The position numbers were made by a program, and so were the translations under genes. From an uncultured virus (IMG/VR IMGVR_UViG_3300020203_000420) (Duplodnaviria; Heunggongvirae; Uroviricota; Caudoviricetes), in the IMG/VR virus record IMGVR_UViG_3300020203_000420: a stretch of DNA of 64,000 nt, one strand, 5' to 3'. Shown in pieces: positions 30,509-40,642 of the stretch (position 1 is its first letter; every line of letters begins with the position of its first letter). The notes beneath the pieces are model-generated. The model did not search any database. It saw only the letters and a program-made list of their open reading frames with translations, and was not told the origin of the DNA.

Positions 30509-31455
30509 TGCCTAAAATATGGGAAGTAGATTTTACCAGCTTTAGTGGTGCTACAGATGTGGCCTATGATAACGTAGGGTCACAACATCTTACCGTAAGT
30601 AGCGGCATAGTTAAAGTGGCCCCACTCACTAACTACGCTTTTCGGCCTGGCGTAGCCTTCACCAATAATACTGTAAAACAAGCATACGCTGTTAGAGGAT
30701 CAAACGCACTCAATGGTTGCTTTAGACAGACTTTTAATCAACGCTCTTTCGTAACAGCGGTATATTTTAACGGAGCAGTATTTAGTAACACAGCTTTTTA
30801 TGACAGCTCAGGGGATTCTACAATCTGGGCAGAGGGAGCATCTCAAGCTAGTATTTCGGCTGGATTCGTTATCTCACAAAACGTTGCTCCACAAAGTTTA
30901 GTTTTTAAATACTCCTCAGCATCTTTTCTAGATACAGGACTTACTTCCTTATCAGGGTGGAATATTTTAACTGCAACTATAGATAGAATAGCCATCGAAA
31001 CCCGATTTTATTTAAACAAGACGTTAGTTGGAATGGTAGCTCAGGTTCCAGATACAGTAAATACTGACTGCATAGTAGGAGACTTCGGAGTAAATAATGA
31101 AGGCACTTTTCAGGTGGGATTAGTCAGCACTTATGATACAATCCTGAGTCCAACGGAAATAAATGCCATAGTTGATACTGGGTTAAAAGATACTTTAGTA
31201 GGTAATACCCCCTTTCAAACCTTCTCTGGAACACTGTATGGGAACACAGGAAACGCAGTCAGCGGAGCAAAAATATATGCTATATATGATGGACTGACCA
31301 CCGTGGCTAGTTCTGGGTCTACTACTTCTTCAGGAACTTATGATTTAAATTTACCTTATAGCGGAGCTTATACAGTCGTCTTTACAAGCTCTCCAAGTGC
31401 GGGCAGTCGATCTGTAAATGTAAATGCAGTTGCAAGTGGAGTAAACGTACTCTAA
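30508..31455 (+). CDS. Putative virion protein, LamG-like plus Ig-like domain
   Basis: GWNILTATID...FYLN...YDTILSPTEI LamG pattern. Confidence 0.6.
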   Translation: MPKIWEVDFTSFSGATDVAYDNVGSQHLTVSSGIVKVAPLTNYAFRPGVAFTNNTVKQAYAVRGSNALNGCFRQTFNQRSFVTAVYFNGAVFSNTAFYDSSGDSTIWAEGASQASISAGFVISQNVAPQSLVFKYSSASFLDTGLTSLSGWNILTATIDRIAIETRFYLNKTLVGMVAQVPDTVNTDCIVGDFGVNNEGTFQVGLVSTYDTILSPTEINAIVDTGLKDTLVGNTPFQTFSGTLYGNTGNAVSGAKIYAIYDGLTTVASSGSTTSSGTYDLNLPYSGAYTVVFTSSPSAGSRSVNVNAVASGVNVL

Positions 31456-31769
31456 TGCCTGACTTTGATTTAAGATTTGGGGGAAGGGTTGTAACTTCTA
31501 AAACTTCAGTTGATATTTATTATCAAAGTCCAGTCCCTGTAAGGAATATAACAAGGGTAGATAACCCTTTCCAAGCATTAACATCTAGCGGTTCAATAAT
31601 ACTATCCAGTTATCCTTTAGGGGTAAACATTTTTAATGGAAACTTAGGGGCTGTTATAGATTACGAGTTCAGTACTAGCGGTATAAACAGATTTAAACAA
31701 GAGATTGAAACAAATCTTCATAGAGTAGGAGTTGCTATTTCTGGAGCTATCATTGCTGGTAGGAGTTAG
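31455..31769 (+). CDS. Hypothetical protein in virion operon
   Basis: 104-aa ORF, TAATG coupling. Confidence 0.55.
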   Translation: MPDFDLRFGGRVVTSKTSVDIYYQSPVPVRNITRVDNPFQALTSSGSIILSSYPLGVNIFNGNLGAVIDYEFSTSGINRFKQEIETNLHRVGVAISGAIIAGRS

Positions 31770-31771
31770 AA

Positions 31772-34135
31772 ATGTCAAGTTCGTCTACTGTATTTTTTGA
31801 GCAGATTTATACTGGAATATCTACAGGTGGAGTAGGATTAATAGGTGTTTCTGGAAACTCCCCGTCATTAAGAGCTACCATCTTTGGGCAGAAATACGAT
31901 GTAGATTTCAAGGACTTAGCTGCCTACATATTACCCACTCAATCAGGCCAAACCCTTTCAAATGGACGTGAAACAGTTTACTCAAATCTTTATTTTGGAG
32001 GAATTGGGGTAGTTGGAGTAATTCAAACTCCTGACCTTAGAGCAGCCTACACTTTTGTTGAGCCAGTAAAGTCAGGCTCCTTAGATTTAAAAGTTTATAT
32101 TCAACCTATCCAAAAAGGTCAAAGAGATTTAGGAGCTTATTGGAGGTCAGCAGAATCAGGATCTTTAAATTTAAACGCCACCCTTACTGGAGTTACTCCT
32201 AGCGATTTAATGGCTTACATAAGGCCAGTAATATCCAGCTCTAGAGATCTTTTTACTGAGATAGAACCAGTCCCTGGAGTGGATTTGCAGGGCGCAATTG
32301 ATGGAATTTTTTCATTCGATCTTCCAGCAAGTATTATAGCAGCAGAACCTACGGATTTACCGGCTACAATTTCAGGCCAACCAAGATTAGATTTAACAGG
32401 AAGTTATTACGGTTATGAGATAAAAGACCTATTAGCTAGTCTAACGGGAGTAACCTTTAAAGATCTTAATGCTGAGATTTACCCCAGTGAGAGTGGTATC
32501 TCAGACCTTAATGCGCGAGTCGCAGGATTCTTAGGAATAAACGAACAGGCACTACTGTCTGCTAATATCCGATCACAGTCGGGCACCTCAACTACTATTG
32601 AAGCTACCCTAACGGGAGTATCTCTAAAGGACTTAAGTGCCACGGTATTTGGGTACACCTTTACAGGACTCCCCGCAACGGTTACAGGAGTTTTATTCGA
32701 CGGGGCGCTAGAAGCTACTATAACACCAACAGGTGGATTTACAGACCTTACAGCTTACATTAAACCAAGCATACACTCCATAGCTAACCTGCAAGCACAT
32801 GTAGACGGAACAGACTACTTAGACTTACTAGCAACTCTAAACAATTCTCCACAAAGCCTGCTAAATGCTACTCTAACTGCAACGGGGATTAATTCAGATT
32901 ACTTATTTGCCACAGTCACTCCCACCTATGAGTCTGCTCTTTCTGGAATATACAATTCGATATCTGGTAATCTATTATATGCATCTATTGACACTATACC
33001 ATCTCAAGAATTAAGAGCTACAGTCTATCCAAAAGCGTTTTATATAGATTCTAGTATCTTTATTAACACTTACCCTGTAAGCAATCTTAGAGCTATAATT
33101 AATGCCGACCCGTGTTTAAATAGCAGCGATTTATCAAACCTTATAGTTACCATCAGTGGTGCCACAATTGGAGACCTATCAGCATCTATAATTCCAATAG
33201 TAGGACAACTTGCTATAGCCGAAGATAAAATTAATATAATTCTAAAAGAAAAAATTATAGACCAGGATTGGGTTTTCTTTATTTTCGATCAGAGAGCTAT
33301 AGCAGAGGATAAAATAAGATTGGTATTTGCTAACTCTCCTTTTGGAGATCTAAGAGCTGAGATAGTAGGAGTACAAGCTAACTCAGATCTTACTGCAACT
33401 ATAACCAGTAATTACATACCGTCTATTAGCAAGACAGGAGTTCCTATAGGTCAATGGCAAAACCTCAAAACTGGAGAAACTAAACTACTTAGACTATTTT
33501 TTAGAGGAAATGCTATAAACTATTACTACTCAGCAGAAGCAAATACTTCTTTTTCAGATGGTAGGAATGAGTTTTTAGACATTATAGTAGAGTCTTATAA
33601 AAGACAAAATGCAGATTTTAATTCTCTATTAAATCTTAAGTTAGAGACAAAACAAGCTAGGGTAAGCTTAAATGGCTTTGCAAATCTAGATTCAGCTATT
33701 AAATACGCCATAGCCGCGTCTGTGTCGGAAATACGTGAAGAGCTTAGGGCAGAGATCTTTGGTGTAGGCAGTCCTAAAGATCTATTGGCTTCAGTTTCAG
33801 GCATGGATGATACTTACTTATCAGATTTAAAGGCTTCTTTAAATTCAGTAGCTAATGACCCCTCCCTAAGTGCAACTATAACTCCAACAGGCAGCTTACT
33901 GGATTTATACACTATAATCTCCCCGCAGCAAGTAGGAATGACTTCAACTCCATTTTACGATGCCTTAGGGAACAGGTACTTACCTACGTTAAATATAATA
34001 TCGGATGGAAATTACTCTGTAGTATTGACTCCTATTACCGCATCGGCTATCATCAACGTTACTAACCCCGATCTACAGACAACCATCTGTGGCGTAGGTG
34101 TTTACGACATGGATGCAACTATCTCTGGTATTTAA
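31772..34135 (+). CDS. Repeat-rich putative virion protein (D-L-x-A-x-I repeats)
   Basis: Dozens of 12-16 aa units such as DLAAYI, DLPASI, DLNAEI, DLRAEI, DLTATI. Confidence 0.6.
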   Translation: MSSSSTVFFEQIYTGISTGGVGLIGVSGNSPSLRATIFGQKYDVDFKDLAAYILPTQSGQTLSNGRETVYSNLYFGGIGVVGVIQTPDLRAAYTFVEPVKSGSLDLKVYIQPIQKGQRDLGAYWRSAESGSLNLNATLTGVTPSDLMAYIRPVISSSRDLFTEIEPVPGVDLQGAIDGIFSFDLPASIIAAEPTDLPATISGQPRLDLTGSYYGYEIKDLLASLTGVTFKDLNAEIYPSESGISDLNARVAGFLGINEQALLSANIRSQSGTSTTIEATLTGVSLKDLSATVFGYTFTGLPATVTGVLFDGALEATITPTGGFTDLTAYIKPSIHSIANLQAHVDGTDYLDLLATLNNSPQSLLNATLTATGINSDYLFATVTPTYESALSGIYNSISGNLLYASIDTIPSQELRATVYPKAFYIDSSIFINTYPVSNLRAIINADPCLNSSDLSNLIVTISGATIGDLSASIIPIVGQLAIAEDKINIILKEKIIDQDWVFFIFDQRAIAEDKIRLVFANSPFGDLRAEIVGVQANSDLTATITSNYIPSISKTGVPIGQWQNLKTGETKLLRLFFRGNAINYYYSAEANTSFSDGRNEFLDIIVESYKRQNADFNSLLNLKLETKQARVSLNGFANLDSAIKYAIAASVSEIREELRAEIFGVGSPKDLLASVSGMDDTYLSDLKASLNSVANDPSLSATITPTGSLLDLYTIISPQQVGMTSTPFYDALGNRYLPTLNIISDGNYSVVLTPITASAIINVTNPDLQTTICGVGVYDMDATISGI

Positions 34136-35304
34136 TGAAGTTTTCTTTAGATTCAAAAACATTTAACTCTTTGTTAAAGAGGTTAGTAACACTCACAAGC
34201 TCTGATAAAGAAGCTAAGTTAGTCTTTTTGCTGGAGAAGGGTCAGTTAGAGGTATACTACTCTAGTCGGATAGATAAGATAGATACCCACAGCTTTTTTC
34301 ATGAGAAAGTTCAAGTAGGGTCTTCAGATGGTTCTGGGATCGCAGGACTATCAGCTAGTAATTTACTAACAGTAAAGCTTCCAGAATATACTTTAGATAC
34401 TAAGTTTCCATACTGTAAGTCGATAAACTTTTCTTTTACTCAGTCTATATTAAACATTAATTATGGAATTTTTTGGAATAAAGACTCTAAAGAGAACATA
34501 ACTAAACTTAATTTTGCTCTTTTAAATAAAACTAGTTACGACATGGAGGACTTTAAAAAAGCTTTTGGGGCAGAAACTAAGCCCTTATTTAGTACCAACC
34601 CTTTAGTGATAGCTGAAGCAATTGGACTAGTTAATTTTATAAAATCTGACGCTACATCTAAAGATGCAAATGGCTGTTTATTAACTATAACTGATAAGTC
34701 TTTTATGCTAGTCAATACTGACAGCAATTCAGCAGTAAAGTATGAATTCTCTGCCGAGATTTTAATGACTAAAAAGTCAAACTATAATATTGTTTTAACG
34801 AACAGCGTGTTAAATGCAATTAAAGGATTTCTCCCTGAAGAGGGAAATGTCCAGGTAGGAAAATCTGGAGGAGGTCTATACGTAGAAACTGAATCTAGAA
34901 AGATGTTAGTCCCTATAATGCAAGCAACTTATATCATTGACGATCCTAGGGAGTTTTTTACTGTGGCTTCTCCCCAGATGGGAGTTATAGACTTGAAGCC
35001 TTTTATATCAGTAGCCCTAGCCCTGGTTACTAAGACGACTGATAGTTATAAAAAACTAAAAATTAACTTTAGTAAAGATAACTTAAGTCTAGTTTGTGGA
35101 CCTGATAAAACAGACAATTTACCTCATAGTGGTATAACCCTTGGAGAACTTCAAGTAAATGGAAGTTTACTAATAACATGTTGTCAAAGGCTTCTGAACT
35201 TAGACTTGCAGTCGAAAGTATATTATGATAGTGATTCCAATAGAATAACCCTTTCAAGTCCTGATGATAAGATGGTTTGCCTTGTTCAGGGGTTATCCGT
35301 ATGA
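34135..35304 (+). CDS. dnaN: DNA polymerase III beta subunit-like sliding clamp
   Basis: 389 aa, MKFSLD start, LVNTDS resembling the VATDG motif, ends in a hydrophobic strand; first gene of the replication module. Confidence 0.6.
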   Translation: MKFSLDSKTFNSLLKRLVTLTSSDKEAKLVFLLEKGQLEVYYSSRIDKIDTHSFFHEKVQVGSSDGSGIAGLSASNLLTVKLPEYTLDTKFPYCKSINFSFTQSILNINYGIFWNKDSKENITKLNFALLNKTSYDMEDFKKAFGAETKPLFSTNPLVIAEAIGLVNFIKSDATSKDANGCLLTITDKSFMLVNTDSNSAVKYEFSAEILMTKKSNYNIVLTNSVLNAIKGFLPEEGNVQVGKSGGGLYVETESRKMLVPIMQATYIIDDPREFFTVASPQMGVIDLKPFISVALALVTKTTDSYKKLKINFSKDNLSLVCGPDKTDNLPHSGITLGELQVNGSLLITCCQRLLNLDLQSKVYYDSDSNRITLSSPDDKMVCLVQGLSV

Positions 35305-35864
35305 TAGGTAGGACCTTAATCGATAAAATTAAGCAAAAGGTAACGGAGAAAGAAGCAAGAAAATTCCTAGAAGAGAAGGGATATGTGGTAACATCCCCTG
35401 AGCAGAATCAAAAGCATAAAACGTCATCTAAAGACTTAATAACCCTATATTATAAGTTATTAAATAAGTACCATAAAGATGAAAACTTAGTTCTTAAGTA
35501 TATACCCTCTACCTCCCAAGATAAAGAGGATTTAAACTCCCTAGATAGGTTTTACTTAAAGGGAGAAAAACTAGGACATTCCAGAGATTCCCTCATAGAG
35601 GGATTGCAAAACTCCACAGAGTCCCTGTTTCAACACGCAAAAGAACTTAATATAAACCCACCTCCTACCTTTAGTTTTCTATTAGAGAGGAAGTATTCTT
35701 GGATATTCTCCGCTATAAGCAAGATAGAGAATAAAAAGAAGAGTAGAGAGGTAGAAAAACTATTAGATATAGCGTATAATAACGATGACCCAGTTCTTTT
35801 AAAGTTAAGAGAAGAGCGGGAAAAGATGTTACTAGGAGACTCGAATGGTCAAAAAGAAAACTAA
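35301..35864 (+). CDS. Hypothetical protein
   Basis: ATGA overlap with clamp stop suggests start 35301 rather than 35277. Confidence 0.6.
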   Translation: MIGRTLIDKIKQKVTEKEARKFLEEKGYVVTSPEQNQKHKTSSKDLITLYYKLLNKYHKDENLVLKYIPSTSQDKEDLNSLDRFYLKGEKLGHSRDSLIEGLQNSTESLFQHAKELNINPPPTFSFLLERKYSWIFSAISKIENKKKSREVEKLLDIAYNNDDPVLLKLREEREKMLLGDSNGQKEN

Positions 35865-37038
35865 AGAAGAACCAATAAAATCAGAAAAGAAAGAGAAGAA
35901 GGAAGTCAAAGAGACTAGCCTCTTCAGCAAAGCCATGGCCATGATTGCAACAGATCATGGAGATAGGGCCATGAGAAGCCTAACTGAAATGAAGAAGGAG
36001 AAGATCCTAGGCTGGAGTAGTGGTTCCCTCTTAGTAGATTGGGTAATTAGTCCTAAGTCTGGGGGCATGAATCGTGGTCAGGTTATTGAATTCTGGGGTC
36101 CATATAGTAGTGGAAAGACTACTGTGGCTCTTGGGCTTTGCGCTAACGTCACTGCCAATGGGTTACATGTTTTATATGCAGACTTAGAGGGATCTTTATT
36201 GCCAGAAAGTATAATCAATGCAGGAGTAGATCCTGAGTATTTTCAAGTTACCCAAATTCCCGATGGCAGAGAGCTTACCAAAATTCTTGCCACCCTTATG
36301 AAGACGGGAGATGTAGGGCTATTGGTTATCGATTCTTTGCCGTTCTTTGAGCCCATTATCGAGCCAAAGAAGGGAGAAGACGAAGCAGACCCCACAAAAC
36401 CTAAAATAGCCTTCGCTGCCTCTTTTCAAACTACAGCATTAAAGTATTTGGGGGCAATTGCACGAGAGCATAATATCACAGTAGTGTTAATTAATCAGAT
36501 TAGAAAAAATCTTTCAGGATATGGTGGGGGAAATATACCCTATGGTGGCGCAGCCAAAGATCACTTAGTAAGCGTTCGTCTCAGGTTTAGTGGTAAAGCT
36601 ACTAACTCCACAGATAAAATTACTGACTCCGAAGGCAACCTCATTGGTCAGTATACGACAGTAATAGGAGATAAAAACAAAACCTCGGTCCCTATGCAGG
36701 AAGCTAGAGTACCGCTTATACTAGGCAGAGGGGTTGATCCTTACATGGAGGTAGCTCTCGTGTCTCAGCAAGTGGGTATAGTAGATGGAGGTGGAGGAAG
36801 ATTTAAGTGGTCAGACTCAGGGGAACCTATTGCCCACGGCATCTCAGCGTTTACTAAAAAACTTTACGAAGATAAAGAACTATACATGAGCTTAAGGGCT
36901 AGATGTATAGAAGGATTAAACATCAACTACGACAAGTCCCTTAGGATAGTTAATTCTTTTCATAACGAAAAGGGTGAAATAAATGACTCTATTAAAGTTG
37001 ATCCATCTAAAATACAACTAGTCGAAGATGAAGAGTAA
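35845..37038 (+). CDS. recA: RecA/UvsX recombinase
   Basis: Walker A GPYSSGKTT, DLEG, VIDS, INQIR, YGG.A, KNK. Confidence 0.95.
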   Translation: MVKKKTKEEPIKSEKKEKKEVKETSLFSKAMAMIATDHGDRAMRSLTEMKKEKILGWSSGSLLVDWVISPKSGGMNRGQVIEFWGPYSSGKTTVALGLCANVTANGLHVLYADLEGSLLPESIINAGVDPEYFQVTQIPDGRELTKILATLMKTGDVGLLVIDSLPFFEPIIEPKKGEDEADPTKPKIAFAASFQTTALKYLGAIAREHNITVVLINQIRKNLSGYGGGNIPYGGAAKDHLVSVRLRFSGKATNSTDKITDSEGNLIGQYTTVIGDKNKTSVPMQEARVPLILGRGVDPYMEVALVSQQVGIVDGGGGRFKWSDSGEPIAHGISAFTKKLYEDKELYMSLRARCIEGLNINYDKSLRIVNSFHNEKGEINDSIKVDPSKIQLVEDEE

Positions 37039-37372
37039 AGCAGCAAAAAAAGTTCAATTTCTGTTAAAGGAGACCTTTCCTACGTATAAAGTCTACCCTG
37101 AGAAGAGTATAACGTATTCAAATACTATTCTATTTTTTGACTTTTACTTACCAGAATTAAAACTAGCTATCGAGGTTCAAGGACAACAGCATTACCAGTT
37201 TAATAAATTCTTTCATGATAATCCTATGGACTTTAAAATGCAGAAGTATCGAGACTCATTGAAGACTCAGTGGGCAGATGAAGCTGCCTTTAAGGTTTTA
37301 GCAATGGACGAAGCTCTGTGTAATTCTCTTGACCCTTTAACTTTTAAGAAATTAGTGTTAGACTTCATTTAA
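37028..37372 (+). CDS. DUF559/Vsr-like endonuclease
   Basis: FDFYLPELKLAIEVQGQQH...RD..K motif. Confidence 0.8.
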   Translation: MKSKAAKKVQFLLKETFPTYKVYPEKSITYSNTILFFDFYLPELKLAIEVQGQQHYQFNKFFHDNPMDFKMQKYRDSLKTQWADEAAFKVLAMDEALCNSLDPLTFKKLVLDFI

Positions 37373-37376
37373 ACTT

Positions 37377-37844
37377 ATGGATCAAGAAATTAAAGACACC
37401 ATTATCAGAACGTTAAACGAGACAAAGATTGATCTCATTGAACCTGATAAGACTGAGATTGAGATTGTGCTACAACTTAAAAGCAGTCACCTTGCATCTT
37501 CCTCAGAAGAAGACCTAACTAGGTATATTTATACTCTTAGCCAGTACATTGTTTTTCTACAAGTTCAATCTAATGCTAGAAATATTAGGTTTATTGAGGC
37601 GAAGAGATCCTACGAATTAGCACTTAGTAAGGAGTGCTCTAAAATTCCAGATAAGAAGACGGTTAAAGAGAGAGAACAAACGGCTTTACTAGGAAATGAA
37701 TCCCTCCAAGAGTTAGAAAAAAACTTAAGAGTTAAAGAAGCTGACTATAGAATTTTTGAGAAGGTTCCAGATCATATATCAGAAATTATAAATGCCTTAA
37801 AGAAGGAACTACAGAATAGACAACCCGCTAGAGCTTATAAGTAA
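37377..37844 (+). CDS. Helical protein, possible UvsY-like recombination mediator
   Basis: 155-aa coiled-coil with KTVKERE..A segment, between RecA and helicase. Confidence 0.4.
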   Translation: MDQEIKDTIIRTLNETKIDLIEPDKTEIEIVLQLKSSHLASSSEEDLTRYIYTLSQYIVFLQVQSNARNIRFIEAKRSYELALSKECSKIPDKKTVKEREQTALLGNESLQELEKNLRVKEADYRIFEKVPDHISEIINALKKELQNRQPARAYK

Positions 37845-39365
37845 ATGTTACAGACTAAGAATAATTCAGAGACAAAAGCAGATTATGAGCTTTTTTTAAG
37901 CCCATACGAGCGGGGATTATTATCCCTACTGATAAAAAAACCAGACTTGTTTAGTAGCTTTAAGCAGACTGGGAATGTAGATTTCTTTTTATTCCCACCT
38001 CACAGGATTATATACAACGCTCTAAGTAATCTATATTCCAGTCCTAATATCCATTCGATAGACTTTCAAGTTTTAAGTTCGGAGTGTACGTCTCTTAATT
38101 TAAAGAATTCAGGAGTTGGTCAAGACTACTTAATGATCCTAACAGAGGGCGGATCAGATAAAGAAAACTATGACTATTACTTCTCCAGAGTTCAGAGTTC
38201 ATACTTAAAACATACTTTAGCAGAAAACCTAAGAGAGAATTACTCTAGACTGGTTTCAAACGCTGCTGACGAAGAAAATAATAAATCTGGAGGAGAGTTA
38301 GTCCAGGAAACTAATAACAGCTTAGCATCCCTATTATCCTTTCAGTCAGGAGGGGAAGAGGGTACCCTATTTGCAAGTTTTATAGATGCATACATTGAAG
38401 ATAGAAAAAATAACCCAGTAGAGGTTAGGGGACTTAGAACTGGTTTTGGTCAACTTGATAAAGCGATCAACGGTTTAATGCCAGGAACACTTACCATTTT
38501 TGGTGGAGTTGCTGGGGGTGGAAAAAGTACAGCCCTCTTAAACATAGCTGATTATTTAGCCCATGAGTCTAAAAATCCAATGCCAGTTCTTTATATAAGC
38601 ACTGAGATGAGTAAAGAAGAAGATCTATCTAGACTAATTGCTATAAGGTCCTTGTACCCAGAAAGAGGAATAGCCAACGGAACACTCTTAAATGATCCAA
38701 AGAGAGAAGCAGTTTTCCAGAAAGCATTTGACCAAATCAAGGGTGGTAAGCTAATTCACATCTATGCTCCACAATTTAATGCTGCAACAATTTGTAACTA
38801 TATCTACTATTATAAAATTAAATATAATATAGGAGCTGCCATTTTTGATTATATTAAACTTGAAACAGCTGGTAATTTAAGAGACGCAAGAGAAGATCAA
38901 ATTTTAGGGGATTTAACGGACTCTTTAAAGCAGACTGCTGGCAAGTTAGGAATACCAGTCATTGCTGGCTGCCAAATAAATACAAGGTCTAACAGGGTAG
39001 CTGACAGTGACAGAATTATTAGATACTGTAACAATCTAATAGAGATCTGGGAACAATCTACAGAGGAGATTGAAGATCACGGAGATGTACACAAGTATGG
39101 CACCCACTGGTTTAAGATTAGAAAAGCCAGATCTGGTCCAAAAGACTGGATACCCATTAGGTTTTGGAAACACTGCATCAAGATGGTGGAAGCAGAGCTT
39201 TACAGAGCACCCGATGAGGGAGACTTGCCTAGGGATATGCTAACAACCCCTGAAGAGTACGATGAGATTCAAGCTAAAGCTTTCTCCGTAGGAGTGGTGG
39301 CATCGGTATCGAACACCAGAGATCTTTACGATTTAGAACCTGAGGACCCAAATGGCCTTATCTAA
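37845..39365 (+). CDS. dnaB: Replicative DNA helicase
   Basis: GLRTGFGQLD, Walker A GVAGGGKS, STEM, FDYI, CQIN, KARSG. Confidence 0.93.
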   Translation: MLQTKNNSETKADYELFLSPYERGLLSLLIKKPDLFSSFKQTGNVDFFLFPPHRIIYNALSNLYSSPNIHSIDFQVLSSECTSLNLKNSGVGQDYLMILTEGGSDKENYDYYFSRVQSSYLKHTLAENLRENYSRLVSNAADEENNKSGGELVQETNNSLASLLSFQSGGEEGTLFASFIDAYIEDRKNNPVEVRGLRTGFGQLDKAINGLMPGTLTIFGGVAGGGKSTALLNIADYLAHESKNPMPVLYISTEMSKEEDLSRLIAIRSLYPERGIANGTLLNDPKREAVFQKAFDQIKGGKLIHIYAPQFNAATICNYIYYYKIKYNIGAAIFDYIKLETAGNLRDAREDQILGDLTDSLKQTAGKLGIPVIAGCQINTRSNRVADSDRIIRYCNNLIEIWEQSTEEIEDHGDVHKYGTHWFKIRKARSGPKDWIPIRFWKHCIKMVEAELYRAPDEGDLPRDMLTTPEEYDEIQAKAFSVGVVASVSNTRDLYDLEPEDPNGLI

Positions 39366-39543
39366 AACAGCATTTAACCAGGCACTATTCGCTAATTTAG
39401 TTAATAGACTAGGAGAGTCTGGAATACTCATGCCACCTGAGGTTATGGAAAGCTTTTTAGTTCTCTTGAGGACCAAACTAAGCCTAGCTTTAGAGGACAC
39501 TTTTTCTAACTTTAGCAAAGACTTTGAAAAAGATGAGAGTTAG
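39352..39543 (+). CDS. Small hypothetical protein
   Basis: 63-aa ORF filling the helicase-primase gap, overlapping both. Confidence 0.5.
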   Translation: MALSKTAFNQALFANLVNRLGESGILMPPEVMESFLVLLRTKLSLALEDTFSNFSKDFEKDES

Positions 39544-40642
39544 TCCAGAACAAATTCAAGAATTAAAGCAGATGGTCAATCCTGTAGACATACTTACTGG
39601 GTGCGGAGGCGTTGCTTTGTCCGATATATCCACGTTACATGATGAGATACGAAGTCCATGTCCACTCCACGGAGGAGACAATAAGACTGCATTCTCCTGG
39701 AAAAAATCCTCAGGGTCGTGGGTATGCTTCAGTCATGGCTGTGGGGATGGGTCTAGAGATGTATTTGGATTTGTATCCAAAAAGATGGGGATTTCCTTTT
39801 GGGAATCCGTAAAATATATAGCCCAGCTTTATAACTATAGTTTAGTAGATGTTGGAGATAATGAATCTAACAATAAAAAAGAAGTCTATCTTTACAGGAA
39901 TACAGTAAATGAAATTAATTCAGCGAAGAAGTATAAAGTAGAGAATTTAAAAGAGCTATCTTACCTTCCTGGTTATACTAAGTCTGGATTTGAAACTATT
40001 GTATCTTATTTAGAATCTAGAGATTATGATTATCCTTCCTTGAAGGAGTTTAAGTTATACCCCTCTATAGATACATTTAAAATGCTTAGACTGGGTATTC
40101 CAGTTTACGATGAAGAAGGTAAACTAGTAGGAATTAATGCTAGACTTATGGATACCATAATGGATTATCCAGAAACTGTATCAATAGAGAATAAAAACCT
40201 ACCTGTACCTAAATATAGAATGAGCAAGTTTAACAAAGGCTCTGCTTTATATAATTTAAATAATGCAAAAAAACATTCAATTAGGGAAGGGTTAATAGTA
40301 GTAGAAGGGCAGTTCGACGTAATGAGGTTACATACTTATGGAATTAAGAATTCTGTATGTACAATGGGAACCTCTCTAACCTCCCAACAAACTTCCCTAG
40401 TTTATAAGAATAGCTTTAAAATTTGTTTCTTAGTAGAGGAGGGCGCTGCCGCAGAGAAAGGAGTTATAGCCTCTCTAAAACAACTTAAACTAGGTATGCC
40501 AGTTTCAATAGCTAGACTATCTAAGGGGGATGCCGATAATAATCCAGAGTTTATAGTCAAAGACGTATTAAAGAACTCAATCAAACTATCTGATGGAGAT
40601 TTAAAGCGGATAATAAACGAGGAGAAGTCGTTACCTTGGTAG
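39533..40642 (+). CDS. dnaG: DnaG-type primase
   Basis: CHC2 zinc finger CPLH...CFSHGC, PKY, TOPRIM VVEGQFDV, MGT; likely start ATG 39533 (ORF track 39524). Confidence 0.9.
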   Translation: MRVSPEQIQELKQMVNPVDILTGCGGVALSDISTLHDEIRSPCPLHGGDNKTAFSWKKSSGSWVCFSHGCGDGSRDVFGFVSKKMGISFWESVKYIAQLYNYSLVDVGDNESNNKKEVYLYRNTVNEINSAKKYKVENLKELSYLPGYTKSGFETIVSYLESRDYDYPSLKEFKLYPSIDTFKMLRLGIPVYDEEGKLVGINARLMDTIMDYPETVSIENKNLPVPKYRMSKFNKGSALYNLNNAKKHSIREGLIVVEGQFDVMRLHTYGIKNSVCTMGTSLTSQQTSLVYKNSFKICFLVEEGAAAEKGVIASLKQLKLGMPVSIARLSKGDADNNPEFIVKDVLKNSIKLSDGDLKRIINEEKSLPW

